This document shows, piece after piece, positions 19,729-30,340 of a stretch of 64,000 nt of DNA. The notes beneath the pieces are model-generated. The model had not been told where the DNA came from, searched no databases, and saw only the letters and a list, made by a program, of their open reading frames with translations. Location of the stretch: the NCBI GenBank assembly GCA_019429005.1, contig JAHYJR010000002.1:32001-96000 (forward strand), read 5' to 3'. Positions within the stretch are counted from its first letter, which is position 1. Every line of letters starts with the position of its first letter. Position numbers and translations under genes: made by a program. The stretch is from Nanobdellati archaeon (lineage in GTDB: Archaea > EX4484-52 > GLR71).

Positions 19729-20217
19729 ATGGATACAAAACAAATAAGTTTTTTAGACAAGTTATATACTTCAGTTACAGAAGAATTAGGTTTTATTTCA
19801 GAAAACCATGCTAAATACATTAAGGGTTCATCTCAATTAGATACAATTAATCCTATTGAATTAAAAACACTTGATCTCTCATATGATTTTTTTAAAGAAC
19901 ACGCAGCACAGTATGGTATGACAGAACAGGTCGTATCTGAATATCTTAGAAATAACGGCTATATAAAATTAAACATAATTGATATTGCAACAGAACAATT
20001 AAGTTCATATGGTTTTGCAAATAAAACTGCTATAAAAGAAATTGTTAATTCGGTCTTAAGAATGTCAGATCAAGAAATAACCTATTTAATAAAATATGGT
20101 GCTGATGATAATCCTATAATTAAAAATCTTGTAGATTCTGCACGAATTGATGCTGTAGCACCAAGAGATGCTGAAGAGTCAGGAGCAACGTTTGATGTAA
20201 GAGAAAGATTATATTAG
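19729..20217 (+). CDS. hypothetical protein
   Basis: 162-aa ORF with native codon style. Confidence 0.7.
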   Translation: MDTKQISFLDKLYTSVTEELGFISENHAKYIKGSSQLDTINPIELKTLDLSYDFFKEHAAQYGMTEQVVSEYLRNNGYIKLNIIDIATEQLSSYGFANKTAIKEIVNSVLRMSDQEITYLIKYGADDNPIIKNLVDSARIDAVAPRDAEESGATFDVRERLY

Positions 20218-20234
20218 AATTACAAGATGGTTTT

Positions 20235-20603
20235 ATGTCAAAATTAGGATTAAATACAATAAAAGATAGAGAACTTCAAATATATATGGACGCTTTTGAT
20301 AAAATTCAAGAATATCCTATAACTGATAATACAATTAAAAAATTACCGAACTTATTCCATAATAAAGGTATTCAATATATACATGCGTTAACTTATATTG
20401 CAGAACAATTAGTTACAGATGAAGGTATTTTTGTAGGAGATCAACATGTTGAAAAAATAATAAACTATCTTGAACATACACATTCTACACAAATCACAAA
20501 TCAAAAAATACTTGATGATATTACAAAACAAATCTTAAAAGAAACATATAATCAAGATAATATTATTGATAATAATTCTTTTGAAGAGTTTATATATCCA
20601 TAA
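20235..20603 (+). CDS. hypothetical protein
   Basis: 122-aa ORF 17 nt downstream of the previous gene; likely co-transcribed. Confidence 0.7.
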   Translation: MSKLGLNTIKDRELQIYMDAFDKIQEYPITDNTIKKLPNLFHNKGIQYIHALTYIAEQLVTDEGIFVGDQHVEKIINYLEHTHSTQITNQKILDDITKQILKETYNQDNIIDNNSFEEFIYP

Positions 20604-20774
20604 TATAGATTTTTTCGTTTTTTATGTGAATTAATCTATACAACAGTTTTATATATGAATGAGTCACAATTATATACATATAAATAAACAAATAAATACA
20701 AATCATTTCTATAATTATCAAAACATACTAATTATTTTAATTTTGTAAATTGTAAATATAAAACGGTGATATAA

Positions 20775-22097
20775 ATTAGATTTTATGCGATAGGCGGATA
20801 TAATGAAGTCGGAAAAAATATGAGTGCTCTTGAAGTCGAAAATGAAGTAGTCATATTCGATATGGGTGTCCATATGGAAAAGTTAATTGAGCTTAATTCT
20901 GAAAAGCTCGATTATACACAGTTAAGTACTGAAAAACTTAAAGCACTTGGTGTTTTACCAAATGATACCATATTAAATGGTAAGAATGTTATTGCAATTG
21001 TAATTTCACACGGTCATCTAGATCATGTAAATGCTATACCAAAACTAGCTGAAAAATATAATTGTCCTATAATTGGAACACCATACACAATAAAGATTAT
21101 TGAAAACATTCTTAGAGATCATGGAAAAAAGAAACTTTTAGACAATCTTGTAGCTATAGAATATGGTGATTTGGCAGAAATCTCAAAAAAAATTCAAATT
21201 GAACTTGTCAGAACAACACACAGCATACCAGAACCATCTTTAATTGTAGTACACACAAAAGAAGGTATTGCAACAATTGCATATGATTATAAGCTTGATA
21301 ACACCCCTGTTTTTGGAGAAAAACCGGATTACAAAAGAATCAAAGAAATAGGAAAAGAAGGTGTAAAACTCCACCTCTCTGAATGTGTCCACGTTGCAGA
21401 TGAAACTAGAACACCATCTGAAGAAATTGCAAAACATCTTATGAAAGATTCAATTGACCGTGCATATGAAGGCAACACATCCGTTTTTGTAACAACGTTT
21501 GCATCTCATATTGCAAGATTAACTGGTATTATTGAAGCAAATCAAAATCGTAGAAAAATCGTATTTCTTGGAAGGTCCCTTGATAATTACACAAGACCTG
21601 CTAAAGAATTAAACCTTATTGATTTATCTGATATTACAATTGAAGGACGACCTAAAGGTGTAACTAAAGTTTTAAGTGATGTTGAAAAAAATCCGACACA
21701 ATATCTTGTAGTATGTACAGGTAATCAAGGTGAACCTAATTCGGTTTTATCAAGAATATCAAATAAACAATACACTTTCAATTTCAGAAAAGAAGATCAA
21801 GTAATTTTCTCTTCAACTGTAATACCAAGTCCACTCAATAGAGCTAGTAGATATACACTTGAACGTAATCTTAAATCTCAAGGCGTGAGAATCATTAAAG
21901 ATGTACATGTCTCAGGTCATGCTATGCGTGAAGATCATAGAGACCTTATACGAATGCTTAACCCAACACATATTATACCATGCCACGGTGAAACAGAACG
22001 TCTTGCAAACTTTGCAAGTCTTGCTGAAGAAGAAGGTTATGTTTTAGGTAGTACTGTGCATATATTAACAAACGGACGATATATTGATCTGAAATAA
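20775..22097 (+). CDS. rnj: archaeal RNase J (beta-CASP ribonuclease), probable ATT start
   Basis: SHGHLDH, HSIP, TGNQGEP, HVSGH, PCHG. The conserved N-terminus IRFYAIGGYNEVGKN lies upstream of ATG 20820. Confidence 0.93.
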   Translation: MRFYAIGGYNEVGKNMSALEVENEVVIFDMGVHMEKLIELNSEKLDYTQLSTEKLKALGVLPNDTILNGKNVIAIVISHGHLDHVNAIPKLAEKYNCPIIGTPYTIKIIENILRDHGKKKLLDNLVAIEYGDLAEISKKIQIELVRTTHSIPEPSLIVVHTKEGIATIAYDYKLDNTPVFGEKPDYKRIKEIGKEGVKLHLSECVHVADETRTPSEEIAKHLMKDSIDRAYEGNTSVFVTTFASHIARLTGIIEANQNRRKIVFLGRSLDNYTRPAKELNLIDLSDITIEGRPKGVTKVLSDVEKNPTQYLVVCTGNQGEPNSVLSRISNKQYTFNFRKEDQVIFSSTVIPSPLNRASRYTLERNLKSQGVRIIKDVHVSGHAMREDHRDLIRMLNPTHIIPCHGETERLANFASLAEEEGYVLGSTVHILTNGRYIDLK

Positions 22098-22168
22098 TTA
22101 ATTTATTTCAGAACTTTTTCATTTTTTTTCTTTTTAACCTTTTTATAGAATAATAACCAAATAAATAT

Positions 22169-22498
22169 ATGTTTGGTATACCAATTGAATCTTTTTTAAT
22201 TGCAATAGTTCTAATTATTTCAGCTATACCTCTATATTTTTCAATCAAATTATTAGGTGGACAAGCATCGTTTCTAAAAGTTATTCTAGTGAATCTTGCT
22301 GCGGGTTTAATACTATCAGTCTTTGAATTGATTTTAGGTGTCGGTGGTATTTTAGGATTTGTAATATTAATTTTTATATATAAAGAAATGTTTGATATGA
22401 CTTACATTGGTGCATTCCTAGCTTGGTTATTACAATTTATAATTGCATTAATACTAATTTTAATTTTTATTGTAATTGGAATTAGTGTAATTATATAG
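22169..22498 (+). CDS. small integral membrane protein
   Basis: 3-4 hydrophobic helices. Confidence 0.75.
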   Translation: MFGIPIESFLIAIVLIISAIPLYFSIKLLGGQASFLKVILVNLAAGLILSVFELILGVGGILGFVILIFIYKEMFDMTYIGAFLAWLLQFIIALILILIFIVIGISVII

Positions 22499-22532
22499 AT
22501 ACTTTTTAATACTTGTTTTTAGAAATAATATT

Positions 22533-24206
22533 ATGTCTAAATCGATCGAACAATTCATAAAAGAACAAGCATTGCTTAATGCAATTGAATATTCTGGAAA
22601 AGCGAACCCTAAAGCACTAATAAGTCGTGTAATCGGAGAATATCAAGAATACAAATCAAAAATGAAAGAACTTATACCTCTAATTGAAAAAATTGTATCT
22701 GAAATCAATTCAATGTCTTCTAATGAACAAGCAAATGAAATCGAAAAATTAGGTGTTAAACTTAAAAAAAAACCAATAAAAAAAGACCTTTCAGATTTAC
22801 CTGATGCAATAGATGGTAAAGTTATAATGAGATTTGCTCCAAATCCAAATGGTTCATTATCGTTAGGACATGCAAGACAATTGATACTTAATTGGCTTTA
22901 TTCTAAAAGATATAATGGTAAATTTGTATTACGTCTTGATGATACTGATGCAAAAATAAAAACACCAATAAAAGAAGCATATAAATGGATTGAAGATGAT
23001 GCTAAATGGCTTGGCATAATACCTGATGTTATTGTTAAAGCTTCAGATAGATTTGATATCTATTATGATTATGCAAAAAAATTAATTGAAATGGATAAAG
23101 CGTATGTCTGTACTTGTGAAGCTGAAGAATTCAGAAAATTAAAAGCATCAGCTATAGCCTGTAAGTGTCGTGTTTTATCTTCAAAAGAGAATCTTAACCG
23201 TTGGAACAATATGTTTACAACCTATAAAGAAGGTGATGCTGTACTTAGAATTAAAACAGACATAAAACATAAAAATCCAGCATTAAGAGATTGGCCTGCA
23301 TTTAGGATAATAGATAACCCAAAACACCCCTACCTTAATGTAAAAGTATGGCCACTTTATGATTTCGCATCATCTATTGATGATCATCTTTTAGGTATTA
23401 CACACATCATCCGTGGTATTGATTTTGTTGTAACTGAACAAAAACAAGGGTACTTATATAAATATTTTAATTGGATATATCCAAAAAATCTAGTTACAGG
23501 AAAATTATTGGTTTCAGGTGTTAAAAGTACAACAGAATCACGAAGATTAATAGCTGAAGGTGTATTTACTGGTTGGAATGACCTTAGACTTGGCAATTTA
23601 AAATCACTTCAAAGACGAGGATTTTGTCCTCAAGCAATTATAGATTTTATAAAAGCTATTGGAACAACTAAAGGCGATGTTAATATCTCGCTTGAAAACC
23701 TTTATGCTGTAAACAAAAAATACATTGATCCTGTCTCTGATAGATACTTTTTTGTTGCAAATCCAATCAAAATGGAAATTAAAGGTATAGATAAATATAC
23801 AGCTGAACTTGTCAAGCATCCTGATAATAACTCACGTGGCACTCGTAAGATTAAAATGAATGGTCCTGTTTTAGTATCAACTGATGACATTGAACTGTTT
23901 AAAAGCGGAAAAAAGATTAGACTAAAAGGACTTTTCAACATAATAATCAAATCAGTATCAAAAGATCTAATTATTGCGGAATTTGTTTCACAAGAAATAG
24001 ACAAAACAATACCGATAATACATTGGGTGCCTAATAAAGATAATATTGAAGCAGAAGTTATTATGCCTGATATGATATCAATCAAAGGAAATCTTGAGAA
24101 TAATTGTAAAAATCTAAAAACTGGCACAATGATTCAACTTGAAAGATTTGGTTTTGCTAATCTTGAAAATAAAAAACCGTTTAGGTTCATATATACGCAT
24201 AAATGA
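22533..24206 (+). CDS. gltX: glutamate--tRNA ligase (archaeal type)
   Basis: RFAPNPNGSLSLGHAR, RLDDTD, YVCTC, WPLYDF, THIIRG, QLERFGF. Confidence 0.97.
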   Translation: MSKSIEQFIKEQALLNAIEYSGKANPKALISRVIGEYQEYKSKMKELIPLIEKIVSEINSMSSNEQANEIEKLGVKLKKKPIKKDLSDLPDAIDGKVIMRFAPNPNGSLSLGHARQLILNWLYSKRYNGKFVLRLDDTDAKIKTPIKEAYKWIEDDAKWLGIIPDVIVKASDRFDIYYDYAKKLIEMDKAYVCTCEAEEFRKLKASAIACKCRVLSSKENLNRWNNMFTTYKEGDAVLRIKTDIKHKNPALRDWPAFRIIDNPKHPYLNVKVWPLYDFASSIDDHLLGITHIIRGIDFVVTEQKQGYLYKYFNWIYPKNLVTGKLLVSGVKSTTESRRLIAEGVFTGWNDLRLGNLKSLQRRGFCPQAIIDFIKAIGTTKGDVNISLENLYAVNKKYIDPVSDRYFFVANPIKMEIKGIDKYTAELVKHPDNNSRGTRKIKMNGPVLVSTDDIELFKSGKKIRLKGLFNIIIKSVSKDLIIAEFVSQEIDKTIPIIHWVPNKDNIEAEVIMPDMISIKGNLENNCKNLKTGTMIQLERFGFANLENKKPFRFIYTHK

Positions 24207-24652
24207 TTTTAATGAAACAGATATTATTTTTGGCTCTACTATTATTTGTATCTTTTATAAATATTGATACAGCCTTTGCTGCATCTGCATCATTTGATGA
24301 GTATTACTTCAATCCATCTACTGATGAATGCATCAATCATTGGCGAGGTAATGATTATACAAAATTTCCTATACCAGATAATTTCTACTTCTCAGGATAT
24401 AATGACCCAAATTGCACACAACTAGAATTCAATCTTAAAGAATATAATACATGTATATCTCTTAACGGCGAGTATATATTGAAATATAACTTTTATTACA
24501 AATGTTTCATATATGAAACAAAAACAATTGATATTGAAACAGACAAATTAAAAAAGAATATTGGTTCTTATCTACTTAAAGGCGTATCATTTTTATTTTT
24601 TATCCTTATTGTAAGCATATTTATTGACAGAGTTAATAAACATTTTATATGA
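24203..24652 (+). CDS. secreted or membrane-anchored hypothetical protein
   Basis: Signal peptide ending AFA, Cys-containing domain, C-terminal TM helix. Confidence 0.7.
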   Translation: MILMKQILFLALLLFVSFINIDTAFAASASFDEYYFNPSTDECINHWRGNDYTKFPIPDNFYFSGYNDPNCTQLEFNLKEYNTCISLNGEYILKYNFYYKCFIYETKTIDIETDKLKKNIGSYLLKGVSFLFFILIVSIFIDRVNKHFI

Positions 24653-24664
24653 GCTGGGGGTTAA

Positions 24665-25130
24665 TCAATCAACCAAAAACCCAAACAATAATTGCCCATA
24701 ACTATACTTTGATTTTGGATTTATATCCTCAAGATAACCCACTTTCTTAAAACCTCTTTTTTTATAGAATTCAATAGCTTTATTACCATCATAATCTCCA
24801 GTTCCTACATGAATCATTGATATTTTTCATTTACACAATAATTAATAAGATGTTCTATCAACAAAGTTCCAAACCCTTGACCTTGATATTCAGATCTAAT
24901 TGCTAATTCTTCAATTATTACAGAACCTTGAAATGGTGTATCAAAAAGATGTTTCTCAAAATACAAATGCACTATATATTCAGTCTTATTTTCAAAAAAA
25001 AAATATTTTTTTGCTTAACACACATCTCAAAAAAATCATTATGCTTTGAAAATACTATTTTTGGAAATACGTCTTTAAAAGTTTTAATGTAATCAATTTT
25101 ATCAATTTTCTTAAAAAAACGTATTTTCAT
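24665..25130 (-). pseudogene. GNAT acetyltransferase, frameshifted
   Basis: MKIRFFKK start, EELAIRSEYQGQGFGTLLI and NKAIEFYKKRGF lie in different frames (two shifts). Confidence 0.8.
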
Positions 25131-25230
25131 ACTAATTATTAAATTAAATATTATAAATAAATCAAAATAATCTATCTAAATAATAATAAAACCAATAAAA
25201 CTATAAAAATTTACTATTAAACATACACAT

Positions 25231-25707
25231 ATGGGTCAATTAGGTCAATTTATTATGGATAAATCGGGAATAAGAACATTTGAAGTTTCAGACAAATCTT
25301 TACAGAAACATCTTTTAGAAGCAAAAACAAATTCAAACGCCTTTAGAGTATATCGTATAATTAAAGATAATGATTCTGATTATAAAATAGTGAAAGATCT
25401 TTGTAATCCTGTTGAATTTAAATACAAAATTGAAGAATTTGATGGTTACCCTGTAGAATTTCTCACATATGAACCTAGACCAATGAAACATCCAAGGATA
25501 CGAACATTTAAGGATACTTATCTTGAACTTGATATTATTGACAAAATTATTATACCTTCAAAAAGGATAATTGGACGCTCTTTTGGTCAAGATGCAATTC
25601 AACCTTTCTATTATATAGGTACTGAAGAAACTTTCATTTATGAACTGGATTATGAGGTTGAATATCTCATATATAGATATGATATAATTAAAAGACACAT
25701 TTCATAA
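25231..25707 (+). CDS. hypothetical protein
   Basis: 158-aa ORF; no motif recognised. Confidence 0.65.
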   Translation: MGQLGQFIMDKSGIRTFEVSDKSLQKHLLEAKTNSNAFRVYRIIKDNDSDYKIVKDLCNPVEFKYKIEEFDGYPVEFLTYEPRPMKHPRIRTFKDTYLELDIIDKIIIPSKRIIGRSFGQDAIQPFYYIGTEETFIYELDYEVEYLIYRYDIIKRHIS

Positions 25708-25753
25708 ATAATTTTTTTTTTAATAATAATACATATTATAAAAATAAGACAAA

Positions 25754-26131
25754 TTACACTTTAACATTAAAAAAACCAAGCTGACCTTTCTGATCTATCG
25801 GTTTATCAAATACCTGCACATTCTTAAGGACAAAACCATATATAGGTGTTTTAACAAAATGTTCAGAAAGATGTCTATATTTATCGTCCAAAAAAGAATC
25901 CGCAGAAGCATACATAATTACATCTTTTAATACTGCAGAGCCTAAAATCGCACCAATCTTAAACGTTTTAATATCAAGATTAAACTGTTTAGCATATTGC
26001 TTATCAATTGTTTTTGATGCATGGATTAAGAACCGTCCTCGAAATTTTGTGTTCCATGTCCGCAATTCAATCGTTTTTTTACAAGATAATATCAGTTCAA
26101 CCCATGGTTGTCGTATAGAAAGTGCTTTCAT
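25754..26131 (-). CDS. ASCH domain protein
   Basis: MKALSIRQPW..KKTIELRTWNTKFRG.FLIHAS..GAILG..KGQLGFF. Confidence 0.92.
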   Translation of the reverse strand: MKALSIRQPWVELILSCKKTIELRTWNTKFRGRFLIHASKTIDKQYAKQFNLDIKTFKIGAILGSAVLKDVIMYASADSFLDDKYRHLSEHFVKTPIYGFVLKNVQVFDKPIDQKGQLGFFNVKV

Positions 26132-26193
26132 TTGAATCATATATATTTTGTTTAAAGGATTTATTAATTAAAGAATATAATAAAATAAAAAAA

Positions 26194-26600
26194 TTAAATA
26201 CAATATTCCAAAAAAACACATTTTTTATCTGTTCCAATCTCTTTAAAGCCCATTGATTTCCATACTGTTAAAGCAATAATATTATTAGAATATACATTTG
26301 TTTTAATTATCTTAACATTATTTGTGTTGAACCAATTAAGAACCATATTAAATAAGACTTTAACTATACCTTTATTTCGATATTCCAAAATGATAAAAGT
26401 ACTCGATAAGATTCCAACATCATTTTTAATATAAGATTCACAAAAACCAACTGGTTTATTATCTTCATAAGCGATAAGATAAAGTGTATTATTATCAGAT
26501 ATTGCTTTTTTAATATTTTGTTTATATTTTTTTATTGTTTCATCATTTTTATCAAAAAGTTAGATCTTGACGAATAAAATACATATTGTTTCCAACCATA
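26194..26600 (-). pseudogene. GNAT acetyltransferase, 5'-disrupted
   Basis: LIAYEDNKPVGF, EYRNKGI and NVYSNNIIALTVWKSMGF are in one frame; the upstream ATG is out of frame. Confidence 0.7.
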
Positions 26601-26794
26601 AAATTTTAAAGGTATTTAAACATAACGTAATAAGCATAATATTGTTTAAAATTAATATATAATTAATTAAAAACACATATTATTTTGTTATTTATAAATA
26701 GTAACTTTTATATAGTTATCTATATCAAATATTAAAACGATTATTAATTAAATAATAAACATATCAAATTAAAACGATTAAAAAGGTACTTTAA

Positions 26795-27097
26795 ATGGAA
26801 AATAAAAATATATACGATATTCAGGAAGACGTATTTATACCGTTTTTTGATTATCTAGATCAATTACAAGATATACAAATAATTCAAAATGATTATATAA
26901 CATGGAGTAATCTTAGAGAATCATTATATCAAGCACATTTAAACAAAAAATGGGATTTAGACCTAAAAAAGAAAGATGATATTTTAAAACAAAGAGATAT
27001 TAAATCATGTCGAGACATGTTTACATATTTTAATAATATTGATAAACCAGCAACATATAGCGAAATGTTCGATCATCTTGATAATCTTTTAAATTAA
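26795..27097 (+). CDS. hypothetical protein
   Basis: 100-aa ORF with upstream AGGT. Confidence 0.6.
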   Translation: MENKNIYDIQEDVFIPFFDYLDQLQDIQIIQNDYITWSNLRESLYQAHLNKKWDLDLKKKDDILKQRDIKSCRDMFTYFNNIDKPATYSEMFDHLDNLLN

Positions 27098-27260
27098 TTA
27101 ATCAAATAAAAATAATATAATATTATATTTATCGTATTTATAATTATTTTTTAAAATTTCTAAATATAAATCTTCTTAACAAGACTTTTATTTATATTAT
27201 CATAATTTTAGTTATATCAATAATTAGAACATATATACAGTTCAAAAATATAACAGGATA

Positions 27261-28580
27261 ATGGATAATATGAAACGTTTTTTTGAAAAACTCTTTGGTA
27301 AAAGAGAACCTATTGAAAAAGAATCACATAAACAAGTTAAAGTTAATCTTAATTTAAATAATATCCTAAAATTTATTGAAGATGAAACCTCTGAATTTTC
27401 AAATAAAATTAATGATTCAATAAAGACATCTTTTGATCAAATTAAGACTCTTTTAGATGAATTAGAAATCAATTTAGATATTCTAGAAAAAGCTAAATCT
27501 GAAAAAGATGTTGATGATCGGCCAAAAATGTTTGCGTTAGACCATAGAATTGCTTTTATAAAAAGAGTACAGAGTTTTAAAAATACAATTAAACTTCCCG
27601 AAAGTGAAAATACTCAAAAAGTTTTTGAATTTAATAATCTCCTAATTGATGAATTAAACAATCTAATCAAAGACACAGCAAAAAACATATATTTTACAAA
27701 AATCTTGTTTTCAGAAGAAATTTCGGGTGTAGCGAGTACTTTGAAAAAAATAAGTGGTTCTATAGACCAATCCAAAAAATATTTAGATGAAAACCGAGAT
27801 AAAATTAAATTAATTATAGATATTAAAAAAAACATAACAGATATGGATAATCAAATTAATATTAAGCAAACTGAAAATGATAATTTAAAACAACACAAAT
27901 TAAATCTTATTAAACTAGAAGATGAAGAAAAAAAGATACATCATGATTTAACACAATTAGATAAAAGCGGAGAATTGACTGATTTAAAGCAAAAACAAGC
28001 AAAATTAGACACTCTCAAAAAGGATATTGATGAATCAAAAACATATATCTTACAAATGTTTTCCCCTATTATGAAAGCTTTGAAGAAATTTGAAAGATAC
28101 ACCACAGGACTCACAAAAGATGAAATACAAATCTTAGATACCTATATTGAACATCCATCTGAGGGTCTGCTTATTGATACACATTTAAAAACACTTGATA
28201 AGATTCTTGAAAATATTGAAAGTTTAATTAATACAGATCAAATTCAATTAAAAGACAAACTAAAAGAAAAAGCGATTACACAAATTGAAAAATTTAAAAA
28301 ACATTCTGAACTGGAATATTTTAAAACCAAATCTAAAACAACACAAGAAACGATTAAAACTCTTGAAAATGAAATAAAAACAAATAAAACAAGTCATAAA
28401 ATTGAATCAATAAGAACAAAATTCCAAGATATAAAAAACAAAATCAAAGACGAAAAACAAGATATAGATAAACTTGAAGAGTATTTAAAAACACTTAATA
28501 ATGACATTTCTGAGAAGATAAAAGAGTTAGAATCAGACCTTAAAGACATTTCAGATAAAACTGTAACAATTAAATTTTAA
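27261..28580 (+). CDS. long coiled-coil hypothetical protein
   Basis: 439 aa, heptad-rich K/E/L/I composition, no Walker motifs. Confidence 0.8.
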   Translation: MDNMKRFFEKLFGKREPIEKESHKQVKVNLNLNNILKFIEDETSEFSNKINDSIKTSFDQIKTLLDELEINLDILEKAKSEKDVDDRPKMFALDHRIAFIKRVQSFKNTIKLPESENTQKVFEFNNLLIDELNNLIKDTAKNIYFTKILFSEEISGVASTLKKISGSIDQSKKYLDENRDKIKLIIDIKKNITDMDNQINIKQTENDNLKQHKLNLIKLEDEEKKIHHDLTQLDKSGELTDLKQKQAKLDTLKKDIDESKTYILQMFSPIMKALKKFERYTTGLTKDEIQILDTYIEHPSEGLLIDTHLKTLDKILENIESLINTDQIQLKDKLKEKAITQIEKFKKHSELEYFKTKSKTTQETIKTLENEIKTNKTSHKIESIRTKFQDIKNKIKDEKQDIDKLEEYLKTLNNDISEKIKELESDLKDISDKTVTIKF

Positions 28581-28583
28581 AAA

Positions 28584-29231
28584 TTATATAGAATTTATTA
28601 ACTCATTCTCTATTGATTTAACATACGATATAAATACATTTGTAAATGGTCCAGAAGAAACCTGTCCTTTAGATTCTCGTTTAACAAGGCCATAATTAGA
28701 TAAATCATTCAAATGGACATTAACAGACATTTTTGTAAGACCTGTCTCACCCATTATATCTTTAACATTTGTTGACAATATAGTTATAATATAATTATAA
28801 TTAATATCCTTTGTACCTATACGAATTAAGTCCAAGGCAAACTGATTAAGATTACTATCATATACGTCATAACAAAAAGGATTCAAATATTTATCGAGAC
28901 TTTTGTTTTTTATCTCAGATTTTAAAGAGTCGAAAGAGGCCATAAATACATCTGTAAATGGTCCAGAAGAAACCGGTCCTTTAGATTCTCGTTTAACAAG
29001 GCCATAATTACCCAAATCATTCAAACGAATATTAACAGGCATTTTTGTAAGACCTGTAATATTCATTATATTATCAATTTTAGTTGGTAAGTTAGTTATA
29101 ATAGAATAATTAATTTCTTTTGTACCCATACGAATTAAATCTAAGGTTAACTCATTAAAAGCAGCACATAATACTTCAGATTCATCATACACATAATTAA
29201 ACTTTTGAGAATTACAATCATCTATAAACAT
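28584..29231 (-). CDS. protein of two duplicated winged-helix-like domains
   Basis: GLTKM.VN..LNDL.NYGLVKRESKG.VSSGPFT.VF occurs twice, 104 aa apart. Confidence 0.75.
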   Translation of the reverse strand: MFIDDCNSQKFNYVYDESEVLCAAFNELTLDLIRMGTKEINYSIITNLPTKIDNIMNITGLTKMPVNIRLNDLGNYGLVKRESKGPVSSGPFTDVFMASFDSLKSEIKNKSLDKYLNPFCYDVYDSNLNQFALDLIRIGTKDINYNYIITILSTNVKDIMGETGLTKMSVNVHLNDLSNYGLVKRESKGQVSSGPFTNVFISYVKSIENELINSI

Positions 29232-29295
29232 GTTTTTTATACACCCATTACTAATGATTTTAAAAAAATTTAAAAAATATAGATTAAGTAAAAAC

Positions 29296-30240
29296 TCACT
29301 TCATCAAAGACAACATATGAATTCTTTTAACCATATTCGGATGAGTACTCATCAGTTCCATAAACTTATCAGATTGTGTTATTGAGACTTTCCTATTTCT
29401 TATAGCTCTAAGTTCTCGCTCATCAATATCACCACTTCCATCAGTATCAACTAATTTTAACTCCGTAAGTTCTCGTGATGCACGAGACGGATCATTTGCA
29501 AAAAATGCTTTCATACCCTCAACATGCTTAAGTTCTGCCTTTGAAACTCTTGCACTACCATAAACAAGTTTAAATAAAGCTGATGCAAGTGCAGTTGGCT
29601 TATTACCGAGTTCAACACTACCTAAATCTGCATAATATTCACGTACTCTTGATGCATATAATACTATTAAATTAGTAAGTAAATAGATACCAAATGCAGC
29701 AATACCTATTGCAATAGTATTACCTCTATCCCTATCACCAGAAAACATAAAATTCCATGCTAAATACCACGCAATCATAGGTACTACGCTTATAAGTGTT
29801 ATAACAAGAACATCTCTATTCTTTATATGACTGATTTCATGCCCAATCACAGCCCTAAGCTCGTCCTCACTCAAAAGCTCAAGTATACCGTTTGTAACGC
29901 AAACTCTACTATCTGTCATCCAACGTCCAAATGCAAACGCATTAGGGATATTCATATTTGAAATACCTACTTTTGGTTTAGGAATACCTGCTTTTTTAGA
30001 TAATTCTTCAACCATTTTATGAAGCTCAGGATTTTCTGTTTTTGATACATATTTGATTTTCATAGACCATTCGACAATTTTAGGGCCAATCATATACTGT
30101 ACAAACATCATTACAGTTGCAAGAACTGCATAAAAAACAAAATTACCTATACCTAAATAAGCACCAGCAAGAGTCATAAGCGTATATAATATTGCAAAAA
30201 GAACAGTCATTACGCCATACATTTTAAGTTGAAGCCACAT
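29296..30240 (-). CDS. htpX: zinc metalloprotease HtpX (M48)
   Basis: PNAFAFG, HEISH, SRVREYYAD, STHP..RI; SD GTGAT-TATT-ATG. Confidence 0.95.
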   Translation of the reverse strand: MWLQLKMYGVMTVLFAILYTLMTLAGAYLGIGNFVFYAVLATVMMFVQYMIGPKIVEWSMKIKYVSKTENPELHKMVEELSKKAGIPKPKVGISNMNIPNAFAFGRWMTDSRVCVTNGILELLSEDELRAVIGHEISHIKNRDVLVITLISVVPMIAWYLAWNFMFSGDRDRGNTIAIGIAAFGIYLLTNLIVLYASRVREYYADLGSVELGNKPTALASALFKLVYGSARVSKAELKHVEGMKAFFANDPSRASRELTELKLVDTDGSGDIDERELRAIRNRKVSITQSDKFMELMSTHPNMVKRIHMLSLMK

Positions 30241-30340
30241 AATAATCACTAAATATTATATGAAAACATTAATTTAAAAGGTTTTCTAAAGGAAATATTT
30301 TATACAAGGATTCAAGTAATCCATTAATCCCATAAAAACA

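Noticed and set aside
22820-22880. GluRS HIGH motif reading SLGH as a sign of inactivation
   Set aside because: HIGH variants occur in archaeal GluRS and the rest of the protein is intact.
27261-28580. SMC/Rad50 ATPase
   Set aside because: Coiled coil only; no Walker A/B or signature motif.
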